DNA from: a virus
Strand: one strand, 5' to 3'
Length of the DNA: 64,000 nucleotides
Virus record (IMG/VR): IMGVR_UViG_3300042503_001396
Coordinates: 3,738-67,737 of that record
In this document: in pieces, positions 47,843 through 57,771 of the stretch
Numbering within the stretch: the first letter of the stretch is position 1
Layout: each line of letters opens with the position of its first letter
Made by a program: the position numbers and the translations under genes
Notes under the pieces: generated by a model
Told to the model about the DNA's origin: nothing
The model's database searches: none
The model's input: the letters and a program-made list of their open reading frames with translations, nothing else

Positions 47843-49750
47843 TTATTCTGGATATTGAATAATGACAATTCCTGAACCGCCATTTCCTCCAGTTGAAGGA
47901 GTAGAAGCTCTTGCTCCACCGCCTCCTCCACCTGTATTTGTTGTTCCAGATGTTGCTGGATTTATTGATGGTGGAACTGTAGGCATGTTAGATCCAGCAC
48001 CTCCTCCTCCTGCTCCCCCTGCACCACCAGCTTTTGCGGTTGGTCCAGGAGAAAGACCTCCTCCACCTCCTCCACCACCAGCAAAATATCTTTGTCCAGA
48101 AACAGGACCAGGAGTTCCATATGAAGATGGTGATAATACAGAATACCATCCACTACCACCAGCAGTTCCTGTTCCTCCAGGAGTACCAGCATCTCCCAAA
48201 TCACCTGCTCCACCGCCTCCTGCACTACCACCGTTGGCAAGAGGACCCATTGGTCCGCCTGTATTTCCTTGAATGAAAGGTGATGGAGTTGCAGTTCCTC
48301 CAGAGAAGGTTCCTGGGACTGGAAATCCTTTAGATGCTCCTCCACCAGATCCTCCGTTAGAACCATTAGATGCACCACCACCAGCTCCTCCTCCACCACC
48401 ATAAGCAATAATTTGTGATGCACCTGGAGACCCTATTGTTGTATTATTGCCAGTATTTCCTGTATTAATTCCAACTCCACCAGTTCCTCCTGTCCCTATT
48501 CCAATAGGATAAGTTCCAGCACTCACTGGATATTGTTCACCAACTTCTACAGAATATCCAGGATTCCAAGGATATGCTTCAGGAATAGCAGTTGGAGTTG
48601 TTGTTGAAGTATGAATAGATGATACAAAACCTCCTGCCCCTCCTCCACCACCAGCACCAAGGGTGCCTGTGCCACCTCCACCACCTCCACCACCTCCACC
48701 AACAGCAAGATAATCAATCCATTGAAGTGTTGGGTCAGTAACAGTAAAATCTCCAGGAGAAGTGAAGATATGTCTCCATACACCTGGGTGTTCTGGATGA
48801 GTATTGGGTTCTATTGTTCCACCAGTTGCTCTTGAATATGTTACATTTTTCTTATATCTCACGCAGACAATTCCAGAACCACCACCAGCATAAGTAGTAA
48901 TACCACTAAATCCATCTCCACCACCATATCCAGAGTTAGATGGAGCAGGTCTTTGTGCTGGTCCTGGAAAAGGACTACCTACTCCACCAGCAGCATATCC
49001 CCCAGAACTAACCAATGGATACCATGTAGAATAAACTGGAGATGAAATTGCTTTTCCAACTATGTCTGCAGGAAAATTTGGATCAATTCTACCAGGACCA
49101 GTAACACCTCCAGGAGCACCGATGCCGCCTGCACCACCTCCAGATGCACCTCCTCCAGGATAACCTTGTCTAGGTATCGTTGCTGGGCTGTTGCCAGTGC
49201 CAGCTGGGGCGGATGGACTTCCACCACCAGATCCTCCTGGGACTCCTGTATTACCAGGAGCTGCACCACCTCCACCACCTGCAGATACAACACCAGATAA
49301 TCCATCAAAATAAGAATCGGACCCACTTCTAACAGTACCAGGCGGTCCACTCGGAGCACTTGGTCCTCCAGCTCCAACTCCAATTGGATATACGCCAGGA
49401 GCATTACTTACACCATAATTACCAAATCTAAATCCACCTCCACCTCCACCACCTCTTGGCGGAGCATTAGATGCAGGCATAGCACCACCACCAGCAACAA
49501 CCAAATAATCAACACTATTAATTGCTGCAGGTGGGCGATTAACTGTAAAGGTTCCATCACCAGTAAAAATATGATAAATGTAACCGTCACCACCATCTAT
49601 AATCGTTCCACCAGTTGCATATGCACCTATACCAGGAGCATTTTCAAAGGTATAAAACTCACGATTCTTTCCACTTACATTATATCGTGTTGCTGGTGAA
49701 TTTGGTGCCCAATTTTTTGCACCAAATGAATTTGCACTTTTTCCCGCCAT
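47843..49750 (-). CDS. glycine-rich adhesin-like virion protein (two repeated modules)
   Basis: ATGG...HIFT..G.F...DYL.V.GGG...GGSGIV occurs twice; GGGGG motifs. Confidence 0.8.
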   Translation of the reverse strand: MAGKSANSFGAKNWAPNSPATRYNVSGKNREFYTFENAPGIGAYATGGTIIDGGDGYIYHIFTGDGTFTVNRPPAAINSVDYLVVAGGGAMPASNAPPRGGGGGGGFRFGNYGVSNAPGVYPIGVGAGGPSAPSGPPGTVRSGSDSYFDGLSGVVSAGGGGGAAPGNTGVPGGSGGGSPSAPAGTGNSPATIPRQGYPGGGASGGGAGGIGAPGGVTGPGRIDPNFPADIVGKAISSPVYSTWYPLVSSGGYAAGGVGSPFPGPAQRPAPSNSGYGGGDGFSGITTYAGGGSGIVCVRYKKNVTYSRATGGTIEPNTHPEHPGVWRHIFTSPGDFTVTDPTLQWIDYLAVGGGGGGGGGGTGTLGAGGGGGAGGFVSSIHTSTTTPTAIPEAYPWNPGYSVEVGEQYPVSAGTYPIGIGTGGTGGVGINTGNTGNNTTIGSPGASQIIAYGGGGGAGGGASNGSNGGSGGGASKGFPVPGTFSGGTATPSPFIQGNTGGPMGPLANGGSAGGGGAGDLGDAGTPGGTGTAGGSGWYSVLSPSSYGTPGPVSGQRYFAGGGGGGGGLSPGPTAKAGGAGGAGGGGAGSNMPTVPPSINPATSGTTNTGGGGGGARASTPSTGGNGGSGIVIIQYPE

Positions 49751-49753
49751 ATA

Positions 49754-50113
49754 TTATACCTCCTTATCACCAAGAACTAATACATTAACTGCGTCCGTAC
49801 TGCTTGAATTATAAACTTGAATCGTGTCATTATTACTTGATAATGTAATGGGATATGCAAGTTCAAAGAAATAAGTGTCTGTTGGTTGAATTGAAAGTTG
49901 TGCAAGTTGATTAATAGAACTTGCAGTTCCAGCAGATCCCCCAGAGTTTGGAACTACATGTATTCTTATAGTGCTCGAATTAACCGTATCAATATTATGG
50001 ACTATTACTGAACGAATATAACAAGTTTTTGTAGAATCCACTGTCAAAACAGGTACAGTAGACCCAATTGCAACTCTTGTAACTGTTCCTAATCCTACCT
50101 TTTGCAATGCCAT
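49754..50113 (-). CDS. small virion adaptor protein
   Basis: 119-aa beta-sandwich-like protein, similar in size and pattern to 52250..52591. Confidence 0.6.
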   Translation of the reverse strand: MALQKVGLGTVTRVAIGSTVPVLTVDSTKTCYIRSVIVHNIDTVNSSTIRIHVVPNSGGSAGTASSINQLAQLSIQPTDTYFFELAYPITLSSNNDTIQVYNSSSTDAVNVLVLGDKEV

Positions 50114-50137
50114 AATATGTTTATTGTTTTTAAGTAT

Positions 50138-52240
50138 TTATGCAAATAACATAACTTCTAATAGATCAACTCCAGCAGAAATGCCTGAAAGTTGAGAACC
50201 ATCCCCACTAAAACTTACTGCAGTTATAGTACCATTAACATCAAGTTTAGATACTGGATTTGTAGTTCCTATACCAACAGAACCAGAAACATAAGCACCA
50301 CCAGTGACTTGAAGATCTTGATCCACAGTTCCTGTGGAAGTTCCAGAACCAATTAATACTGGTCCGTTGGTGAACGTTGAGACACCAGTGACTTGAAGTT
50401 GTGTTATAGAACCTATACCACCTATTACATTAGTTGAAACGCCAGCATTGGAAACATAATCCAGGATTGTAATTGTTGCAATACCAGCAGTAGAAACAAT
50501 AGATACTATAGGACCAACAAAATTTAATACAGTTATACTATTAGCACCACCAACAATAGTTCCCTCATCACGAATTGTCAGTCCCGTAATTGCATCAGCA
50601 GGTGCAGGTGTAACCCAAGTTGGAACATTACCGATGCCATTAGATTGAAGTATTGTTCCAGGAGAACCATTTGCTAAAAACGTAGTAGTGTCAAGTGCAG
50701 ATTGATAAGGAATATTGCCAACAAGACCACCTTTGAGATTTGTTGACACACCAGCATTAGGAGCATAAGTAGCAACACCAGCATTGGTTGCATAAGTGGC
50801 AATACCACTTGTTGTTGCATAAGTAGCAATGCCAGCATTAGTAGCATAAGTTGCTATACCAGCACTAGGAGCATAAGTGGCACTTGAAGCATTACCACTA
50901 AATCCAGAAGTAGCAGTTATGACACCAGAAGCATTAATATTTCTTACAACTGCTAGGTCTCTTTCTGTGAATTGAACTGAACCCGCAGCAAGTCTTGTTC
51001 CATTAGGGAACTGTGTTGATCCAATACCAACAGCATAATTAATTAACCAAGCATCAGTTCCAAGTCCAGCAAACTCACCTGCCTTAAACCACATAATTTT
51101 CTTATATGTGGGAGGAAGAGTTTCAATACCAGCAATATTAAAATTGACAAGTGGATTTCCTTCCGTTGAAGCAACAGCAACACCACCATGACTTGCGGTT
51201 GTGTCATTTGAAATATCATTACCACTTCCATCTGTTCTAACTCCAAGAATAATATCCGGGTCAGAAATTTTTAGTTGTTGAGCATTAATAAATGCGGTTG
51301 TTCCACCAAGTGTAATATTACCAGTTACATTTAAGTTTCTATTGACTTGCAAATCCCTAGTAACTGTTGCATCTTGAGGAATAGTAAATTGAATAGGAAG
51401 ACTTAATGTGGGTGTTGAACCTTCACCAGAAGTTACACTTACACTAATCTGGTTTGAAGTTCCAGTAACTGACTGAACATAATCTCCAGTAGTATCACTA
51501 CCAAGAGCAACAGAATTGGGTTGAATTGTTGCTGCTAATGATACATTACCTGTTCCATTAAAACTAATTGGTGAAGCAACAATATCACCAGTGATTTCAA
51601 AAGTTCTTGAGTTTTTTAGTTCTGTTGCTATACCAGCATTGGTTGCATAAGTTGCAATACCACTTGATGTGGCATAAGTTGCTATACCAGCATTGGTTGC
51701 ATAAGTTGCAATACCAGCATTAGTAGCATAAGTTGTTATACCAGCATTAGTAGCATAAGTTGCTATACCAGAATTAGTAGCATAAGTTGCTATACCAGCA
51801 TTAGTAGCATAAGTTGCTATACCAGAATTAGTAGCATAAGTTGCTATACCAGAATTAGGAGCATAAGTAGCAATACCACTTAAAGTAGCATAACCATTTA
51901 AAGTTCCATCAAAAGTATTAGCAGTTATAACTCCAACAAAACTTGCTTGAGTACCAAATAAAGATGTAGTGTGAGTTGTAATGCCAGCAAAAGTAGAAAT
52001 ACCAGAAACATAAAGTTGTGCAAAAGAACTTCCGCTGCCAATTAAGGAATTTCCGACATAAAAATTGGATGCAGTAACCACCCCTGCAAAATATCCATCC
52101 CCAACAACATAAAGTTTTGAGGTCGCATTGGTGGTTGCAATACCAACGTTTCCAATAACTTCCAGTGAAGTAAGATTTTCACTATAAGAAGATACTCCTA
52201 CCTTCAGATCTTTTTGTCTACCGCTGGTATATTTTGCCAT
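50138..52240 (-). CDS. tail fibre protein
   Basis: MAKYTSGR N-terminus (compare MPKYLSGR at 22161); GIATYATNA repeats. Confidence 0.8.
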   Translation of the reverse strand: MAKYTSGRQKDLKVGVSSYSENLTSLEVIGNVGIATTNATSKLYVVGDGYFAGVVTASNFYVGNSLIGSGSSFAQLYVSGISTFAGITTHTTSLFGTQASFVGVITANTFDGTLNGYATLSGIATYAPNSGIATYATNSGIATYATNAGIATYATNSGIATYATNAGITTYATNAGIATYATNAGIATYATSSGIATYATNAGIATELKNSRTFEITGDIVASPISFNGTGNVSLAATIQPNSVALGSDTTGDYVQSVTGTSNQISVSVTSGEGSTPTLSLPIQFTIPQDATVTRDLQVNRNLNVTGNITLGGTTAFINAQQLKISDPDIILGVRTDGSGNDISNDTTASHGGVAVASTEGNPLVNFNIAGIETLPPTYKKIMWFKAGEFAGLGTDAWLINYAVGIGSTQFPNGTRLAAGSVQFTERDLAVVRNINASGVITATSGFSGNASSATYAPSAGIATYATNAGIATYATTSGIATYATNAGVATYAPNAGVSTNLKGGLVGNIPYQSALDTTTFLANGSPGTILQSNGIGNVPTWVTPAPADAITGLTIRDEGTIVGGANSITVLNFVGPIVSIVSTAGIATITILDYVSNAGVSTNVIGGIGSITQLQVTGVSTFTNGPVLIGSGTSTGTVDQDLQVTGGAYVSGSVGIGTTNPVSKLDVNGTITAVSFSGDGSQLSGISAGVDLLEVMLFA
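50745..50890 (-). repeat. 27-nt repeats (GIATYATNA, ~5 copies)
   Basis: tandem units. Confidence 0.85.
51624..51893 (-). repeat. 27-nt repeats (GIATYATNA, ~10 copies)
   Basis: tandem near-identical units. Confidence 0.9.
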
Positions 52241-52249
52241 TTTTGGATA

Positions 52250-52591
52250 TTAGTTGAGTGTCTCTAAGATGCTTCCGATAAATTTAATATCAGTTCCACT
52301 CGTTGCAGAAAAAACAAGAACATCACCAGACTCAAGAACAAGTTTTCCTGATAAGAGATTTGCACTATCACTTGGAGAAATTGGGAAAGTTTTTAAAATT
52401 TCTGTAGTAACTGCAATTCCTGTAACTGTTCTTTGATGAGAAAAGGAAACTGTTTGAGTATTATTTCCAATATTTGTTGCTTGTGCTAAAAGAACAACGC
52501 CAGTATATCCTACAGGAGCAGTATAAATCCCTACAGCATTTGTTGTTGCTACTTTGGTGACTGTTTTAAATACATTAAGTGCTAGTGCCAT
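52250..52591 (-). CDS. small virion adaptor protein
   Basis: paralogue of 22164..22838. Confidence 0.7.
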   Translation of the reverse strand: MALALNVFKTVTKVATTNAVGIYTAPVGYTGVVLLAQATNIGNNTQTVSFSHQRTVTGIAVTTEILKTFPISPSDSANLLSGKLVLESGDVLVFSATSGTDIKFIGSILETLN

Positions 52592-52595
52592 TCTA

Positions 52596-54449
52596 CTATT
52601 CTCCTCCTAGTGCTAAAATGAATGGTGTCATTGCCGAGAATAAACTCTTCGAATAAAATGCTCCAGAAATTGTTCCTGTAGTTTGATTAACAACTACACC
52701 ATCACCGATTCTAAAGTTTCCTGATTGATCCGTACTTGTGAAAATAACCAGACCACCATTTCTCATATCAACTTCATTATCTTGAATTGGAACACCACCT
52801 TGAGCAGGAAGAGCACCATTAATGTTTGTACCAGAACCAATGTATTCAAAAGAATGTCCAGATGCTAATACTCTACTTTGCTTAAAGAATGGAACAGTCG
52901 AACCAACACCAACTGCATAAGGAACATTATCACTAACAGTAATTGTACAAATACCAGAAGAAACTGGAGTTGAACTTATGACAGAATAATATGCTGGAAG
53001 TAATTCTAAAGTTGCTGTTGATGTATTTATTCCCACATCAGGACCAGCAATTCTAATTGTTGGTGCTGTCGTATAACCTCTTCCACTTGAGACAATTTCA
53101 ATTCTAGTTACAGAACCATTTGAAACTTCTGCGACTGCTGTTGCCTGAACTCCCCAATCAGTTGAAGGTGCAGAAATTGTAACGACCGGACTTGAATTAT
53201 ATCCAGTTCCACCAGAACTTACTTGAATCTTATTAACGTTATAATATAGACTATCAAAGTACACAACCTGACCATCAAAAGGTCTTGTCACATTAATTTT
53301 TGCAGTACCACCAGAAACATAAGTATGAGGCAACGTTGAAGAACCAACGTTGACCACCAGTTGATTTGCTGTAGGAACTGACTGAACTTCAAAAATATAA
53401 CCATAAGCACCACTTGGATATGTAACAATTCCTGGTCCAGATGGACAAGTAAAACCAAGTCCAGCAATCGTGACTCCCATACCAACAGAAAAGTTATGAT
53501 TCGCAGAAGTAGTGATTGTCGTAACGCCACTTACATTGTCATAAACTGCGTTTGATACATTATAAGTTGGAACATTCAAATCAAGAATAAAAGTATCACT
53601 ATTTGCTTCTGATGTTTGAGTTATAATTCCAGTATACTTTCTTGGTCCAACACCATCAGCAACAAGACCATAATTACCGAAAGAGGCATTTGAGTTCGTA
53701 AGATCACAAGCACCACCAGTTCCACAAAAGACTGCAGTATCTGGGCAAATTGTGAAAAGTGAAACCAACTGAGCATATCCTTCGTTGGTAATTGAAACTC
53801 CAATACCACCTTGATTGTATTGAGTATATGAGTCAAGAACCATTGACTTGGTTGGTCCAATCGAATGCTTACCATCAATCTTCATTCCAATACTATTAGG
53901 AATGAAGTTGGTACAGTTCTGAATATAAGGTGACTGATTATTAAAAACTGGTTTGTTAGGATTGAATGCAAAAATAGCACCAGTGTTTGCAGAACCTACA
54001 AAAGACATTTCAGCAATATAGTTTCCATTCCCAACATAAAAGAGGTCTCCTTGATTTTGTGGAGTGATGGAGACCTCTCTTAAACTATCACCAACAATAC
54101 TAACTTGATTGGGAATATCAATTGGATTATTTTCTACATAAGATCCAGCACTAACTCTAATAACGGAACCTGCTGTTGAGATTGCAACTGCTCCTGCGAT
54201 GGTTGCTTTTGCGTCTCCGAGTTTGAGTCCTGTGTTTGTATCGTTTCCGTCTCTTGTGACATAGATTACATTTGTAACTGTTGCGCCTGCACCGATGCGA
54301 ATAATATCTGTGCCGATTCCAAGACGTTCTCTTTTGGCAGTTAACTCACCATCATAAGTGTTGTATGCTAATTCTGCACTTAATAATTGATCTACTGTAG
54401 GTCTCTTGCCAGGAACAGCAGAGCGTTTAATCCTGATCGGAGTTGACAT
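52596..54449 (-). CDS. virion structural/fibre-base protein with beta-helix
   Basis: N-terminal IRIKRS..PG..P...ELAYN..DG.L fibre motif; paralogue of 22842..25727. Confidence 0.8.
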   Translation of the reverse strand: MSTPIRIKRSAVPGKRPTVDQLLSAELAYNTYDGELTAKRERLGIGTDIIRIGAGATVTNVIYVTRDGNDTNTGLKLGDAKATIAGAVAISTAGSVIRVSAGSYVENNPIDIPNQVSIVGDSLREVSITPQNQGDLFYVGNGNYIAEMSFVGSANTGAIFAFNPNKPVFNNQSPYIQNCTNFIPNSIGMKIDGKHSIGPTKSMVLDSYTQYNQGGIGVSITNEGYAQLVSLFTICPDTAVFCGTGGACDLTNSNASFGNYGLVADGVGPRKYTGIITQTSEANSDTFILDLNVPTYNVSNAVYDNVSGVTTITTSANHNFSVGMGVTIAGLGFTCPSGPGIVTYPSGAYGYIFEVQSVPTANQLVVNVGSSTLPHTYVSGGTAKINVTRPFDGQVVYFDSLYYNVNKIQVSSGGTGYNSSPVVTISAPSTDWGVQATAVAEVSNGSVTRIEIVSSGRGYTTAPTIRIAGPDVGINTSTATLELLPAYYSVISSTPVSSGICTITVSDNVPYAVGVGSTVPFFKQSRVLASGHSFEYIGSGTNINGALPAQGGVPIQDNEVDMRNGGLVIFTSTDQSGNFRIGDGVVVNQTTGTISGAFYSKSLFSAMTPFILALGGE

Positions 54450-54505
54450 TTATCGCATTCGGTATTTACCAAAGAAGCAGTATTTACTGCCTTTCATTTA
54501 TTTAT

Positions 54506-54877
54506 TCAAGATGCATTATTGCGCCTTGGACGATATGCAAATAAGTTTACAGGAGGGTCTGGTTTCATCCATTCTTCTATTTTATTAAGTTTTTCTTCAC
54601 TATAAAAATCTTGTTGGACATACCACAGTTTCCAGTGCTCGTGCCCCTTTGACTGATTACAAGAATGGCAGCAGGCAACTACATTTGTCTTAATATCTAG
54701 ACCACCTTTGCATTGTGGAATGATGTGATCCAGTGTGATATTTTCTTCTGACTCACAATAGGCACATTGGTTTTCCCATTTTTCCTTTATTTCTTTCCTC
54801 CATAATCGTTTTGCTTCCGATGAACTTGTAGTTCTTAAATTAAACAAGTATTCTGAAGGCGAATGGAGGAGTTCCAT
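54506..54877 (-). CDS. HNH endonuclease
   Basis: CAYC...TLDHIIP..KGG...NVVACC..CN..K. Confidence 0.9.
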   Translation of the reverse strand: MELLHSPSEYLFNLRTTSSSEAKRLWRKEIKEKWENQCAYCESEENITLDHIIPQCKGGLDIKTNVVACCHSCNQSKGHEHWKLWYVQQDFYSEEKLNKIEEWMKPDPPVNLFAYRPRRNNAS

Positions 54878-54896
54878 AAGTTAATGCAACTTATGT

Positions 54897-55019
54897 TTAT
54901 TTATTGTGAGTTTTTATAACTTTTACGAGTTCTTTTAGAGTAATATAGATGTAGTGAAACTCTTCATAATAAGTAATATCAGAGTCTCTTTGTAGAAAAT
55001 GTTGAAGATTTTTAATCAT
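54897..55019 (-). CDS. hypothetical protein (40 aa)
   Basis: manual translation MIKNLQHFLQRDSD...; ATGA coupling. Confidence 0.5.
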   Translation of the reverse strand: MIKNLQHFLQRDSDITYYEEFHYIYITLKELVKVIKTHNK

Positions 55020-55300
55020 ACTTTTACTGGTTCTTTCTGATCTTCTGGCAACCATACTTGCTGTTGCAATTCAATTGGTGGCAATTGTTCTTTTGCTGAA
55101 GGAAGTCCAATCTGACCAGGTAGTTGTTTATCAGTTGTGGAAGTTACTGTAATTACCTGGTCTAGAATGAATCTTTGGCGACTATAAGAACGATTTTCAG
55201 AATCAAATGCAACCATCATTATTGCATCATTAATGTCTCCACAATGAGCAATAATCCTTCCAGTCTTATTTTCTGTTACGATCCAGTATTCGTTCATCAT
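55016..55300 (-). CDS. hypothetical protein
   Basis: 94-aa ORF; TTTACA-N17-TATAAT upstream. Confidence 0.7.
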   Translation of the reverse strand: MMNEYWIVTENKTGRIIAHCGDINDAIMMVAFDSENRSYSRQRFILDQVITVTSTTDKQLPGQIGLPSAKEQLPPIELQQQVWLPEDQKEPVKV

Positions 55301-55407
55301 TTAATTGCTTTTCTACATTATAAGGCACCTGGGGTGATCTGTAAAGACCAGGCCAGGTGTCTCTAATAACTTCTGATAGTTTATAAGGTGTTTCTGAACT
55401 AATCATA

Positions 55408-56430
55408 TTATCTTGTTAAATGACCCCCAAACATATACCGCATTCCGTTTAAGATCTTTGCTCCGAACGATCCGAGATTGCGTGAGTTAAATCTTTCAAA
55501 TAGTGCTGTAGTAATAACAGGAGCGGGAACCCCCAAGTCCACAGCGGCAGAAACAGTCCAACGACCCTCACCGCTGTCGGATACGCCTCCAGAGAACTGT
55601 TTAAGGATACCATCCCTGCGTAGCACATCAGCAGTAAGGTCAAGTAACCAAGACCCAACCACACTACCACGACGCCATAACTCAGCAACCTCAGCAACAT
55701 CAATATCATAACAATAACTTTCGGGATCTGCCATTGGGGCAACCTCTGCATCTCCTTCTCTAACATACTGGGCACCTGCATTGGCGTTCTTAATGATGTT
55801 AAATCCTTCTGCATATGCCTGCATAATACCATACTCAATACCATTATGCACCATCTTTACAAAATGCCCTGCACCTGGACCACCACAATGCAACCAACCG
55901 TGTTCTGCAGAAGTTATGTCTGAGTCAAACTGAGTCCTGGGGGCAGCGCCAATTCCTGGGGAGAGTGCATTAAAAATGCGCGAACAAGTGGCGACTGCAG
56001 TATCTCCACCTCCAACCATAAGACAGTATCCACGATCCAGACCGTAAACACCACCACTAGTGCCGCAATCAATATACTGGATGCCCTGCTTTGCAAGTCG
56101 TTCTGCTCTCTTCCGACTGTCTTTAAAATTGCTATTGCCATGATCAATAATAATATCTCCTTCACCACAATATCGTAGTAACTCATTAATCGTCTCCTCT
56201 ACTGTTTCTGCAGGTACAACCATCTGAAAAATACCTGGTTGACCATTCTTTTTAACTACTTTGACAAGATTTTCAATAGTAGTCACAACTCCATTCACAT
56301 ATCCTTTTTCATATGCCTCATTTGCCTTCTCATAATTTCTTCTATAACCCCAGACTTCTATTCCTGCCTTCATCATACGACGAGACATACCTTCGCCCAT
56401 TCTACCCAATCCAATTAATCCTACTCTCAT
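55408..56430 (-). CDS. gnd: 6-phosphogluconate dehydrogenase
   Basis: GLIGLGRMG, IIDHGNS, SGGVYG, GHFVKMVHNGIEY, FGGH. Confidence 0.97.
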   Translation of the reverse strand: MRVGLIGLGRMGEGMSRRMMKAGIEVWGYRRNYEKANEAYEKGYVNGVVTTIENLVKVVKKNGQPGIFQMVVPAETVEETINELLRYCGEGDIIIDHGNSNFKDSRKRAERLAKQGIQYIDCGTSGGVYGLDRGYCLMVGGGDTAVATCSRIFNALSPGIGAAPRTQFDSDITSAEHGWLHCGGPGAGHFVKMVHNGIEYGIMQAYAEGFNIIKNANAGAQYVREGDAEVAPMADPESYCYDIDVAEVAELWRRGSVVGSWLLDLTADVLRRDGILKQFSGGVSDSGEGRWTVSAAVDLGVPAPVITTALFERFNSRNLGSFGAKILNGMRYMFGGHLTR

Positions 56431-56439
56431 TTTTTACTC

Positions 56440-57771
56440 CTATTTTAATTTGAGTGGATAGTCCCACTTAGTAATCAGTTCTGTTTTTTGCCAAGGACCC
56501 CAAACACCTTCATTATAAAGATATGGCATTGTCATAATACGACATTGATCTCCAGTACATAAAAGATCATCAACAATTCTCCAAGATTCCAACACTTCAT
56601 CTGCGTGAACAAAGTGTGATTGGTCTTCATTGATTGCATCATAAAAAAGTTTTACATAACCATCAATTGCTTTTTCTACTGGATAATGATACTGAAGAAT
56701 TGCCGTTTCTACCTTATCATTTAGTCCAGGAGATTTAATATCAATACTCATATCCAAATGTGGATCTGGTTGCAATCTCATTACAATTCTATCATTACAA
56801 TCGTGCCCATCAAATAATTGTTGTGGTGGTGACTTGAATTTAATCACAACCTCAACACAATTTACAGGCATTTTTTTACCCGTCATAAAGTGAAACGGAA
56901 CTCCTTTCCATCTCCAATTATCAACATACAACTCACCAGCAACAAAGGTTGGAGTTTGTGAACCTTGAGTTACTCCTTCCTCATTTTTATAATCATCATA
57001 TTGTCCAAGAACTACATTATCACCCAGTCTAGTCGCAGCAAGAACCTTAACCTTTTCTCTGCGAATTTCTTTAGCATCATTTTTACAAGGAGGTTCCATT
57101 GCAATTAGTGCAAGCACCTGAAGCATATGGTTTTGAAGCATATCTCTGACGGCACCAGCAGTATCATAATACTGGGCACGACCTTCACAACCAATGGTTT
57201 CAGTTGCAAAGATCTGAACTTCTTCTACAAAGTTCCTGTTCCAAAGTGGTTCAAGTAAAATATTGCTAAAACGGGTGGCAAGGATATTATTAACAGTATC
57301 TTTACCGAGATAGTGATCAATGCGATATACTTGTTTCTCGCGTAAATATCCAGCCACCACAGATTGTAAATGATTAGCAGATTGAAGATCGGTGCCAAAA
57401 GGTTTCTCAATAATGACTCTTGATTTTTCTGCGTCATCTAACTTACCTGCCTCTTTTAGATTGGTAATTGCATCAACATATCTTTCTGGAGGAACTGATA
57501 GAAAATAAGTGGTGTCATCATAAGAATCTATCAGTTTTAAAGATTCTAAATCACTCAGGTCACAAGAAACATAATCAAGTCTTTTAATAAACTCTTGAGA
57601 ATAATGCCCTAAAATCTCAACCCAACTCTCCTTACTATGTTTGGTTCTGGAAGCACCAATAATTTTAAATCCTTTTGGTAAAAGATTTTTCTTATGAAGA
57701 GAATAAAGTGCTGGTATAAGTTTCCTTTTGCAAAGGTCTCCAGTTGCTCCAAATATAACTATTGATTTCAT
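56440..57771 (-). CDS. zwf: glucose-6-phosphate dehydrogenase
   Basis: GATGDL, IEKPFG, RIDHYLGK, RDMLQNH. Confidence 0.97.
   Translation of the reverse strand: MKSIVIFGATGDLCKRKLIPALYSLHKKNLLPKGFKIIGASRTKHSKESWVEILGHYSQEFIKRLDYVSCDLSDLESLKLIDSYDDTTYFLSVPPERYVDAITNLKEAGKLDDAEKSRVIIEKPFGTDLQSANHLQSVVAGYLREKQVYRIDHYLGKDTVNNILATRFSNILLEPLWNRNFVEEVQIFATETIGCEGRAQYYDTAGAVRDMLQNHMLQVLALIAMEPPCKNDAKEIRREKVKVLAATRLGDNVVLGQYDDYKNEEGVTQGSQTPTFVAGELYVDNWRWKGVPFHFMTGKKMPVNCVEVVIKFKSPPQQLFDGHDCNDRIVMRLQPDPHLDMSIDIKSPGLNDKVETAILQYHYPVEKAIDGYVKLFYDAINEDQSHFVHADEVLESWRIVDDLLCTGDQCRIMTMPYLYNEGVWGPWQKTELITKWDYPLKLK

Noticed and set aside
47862-48272. Poly-proline ORF on the plus strand
   Set aside because: Mirror image of the poly-glycine codons of 47843..49750
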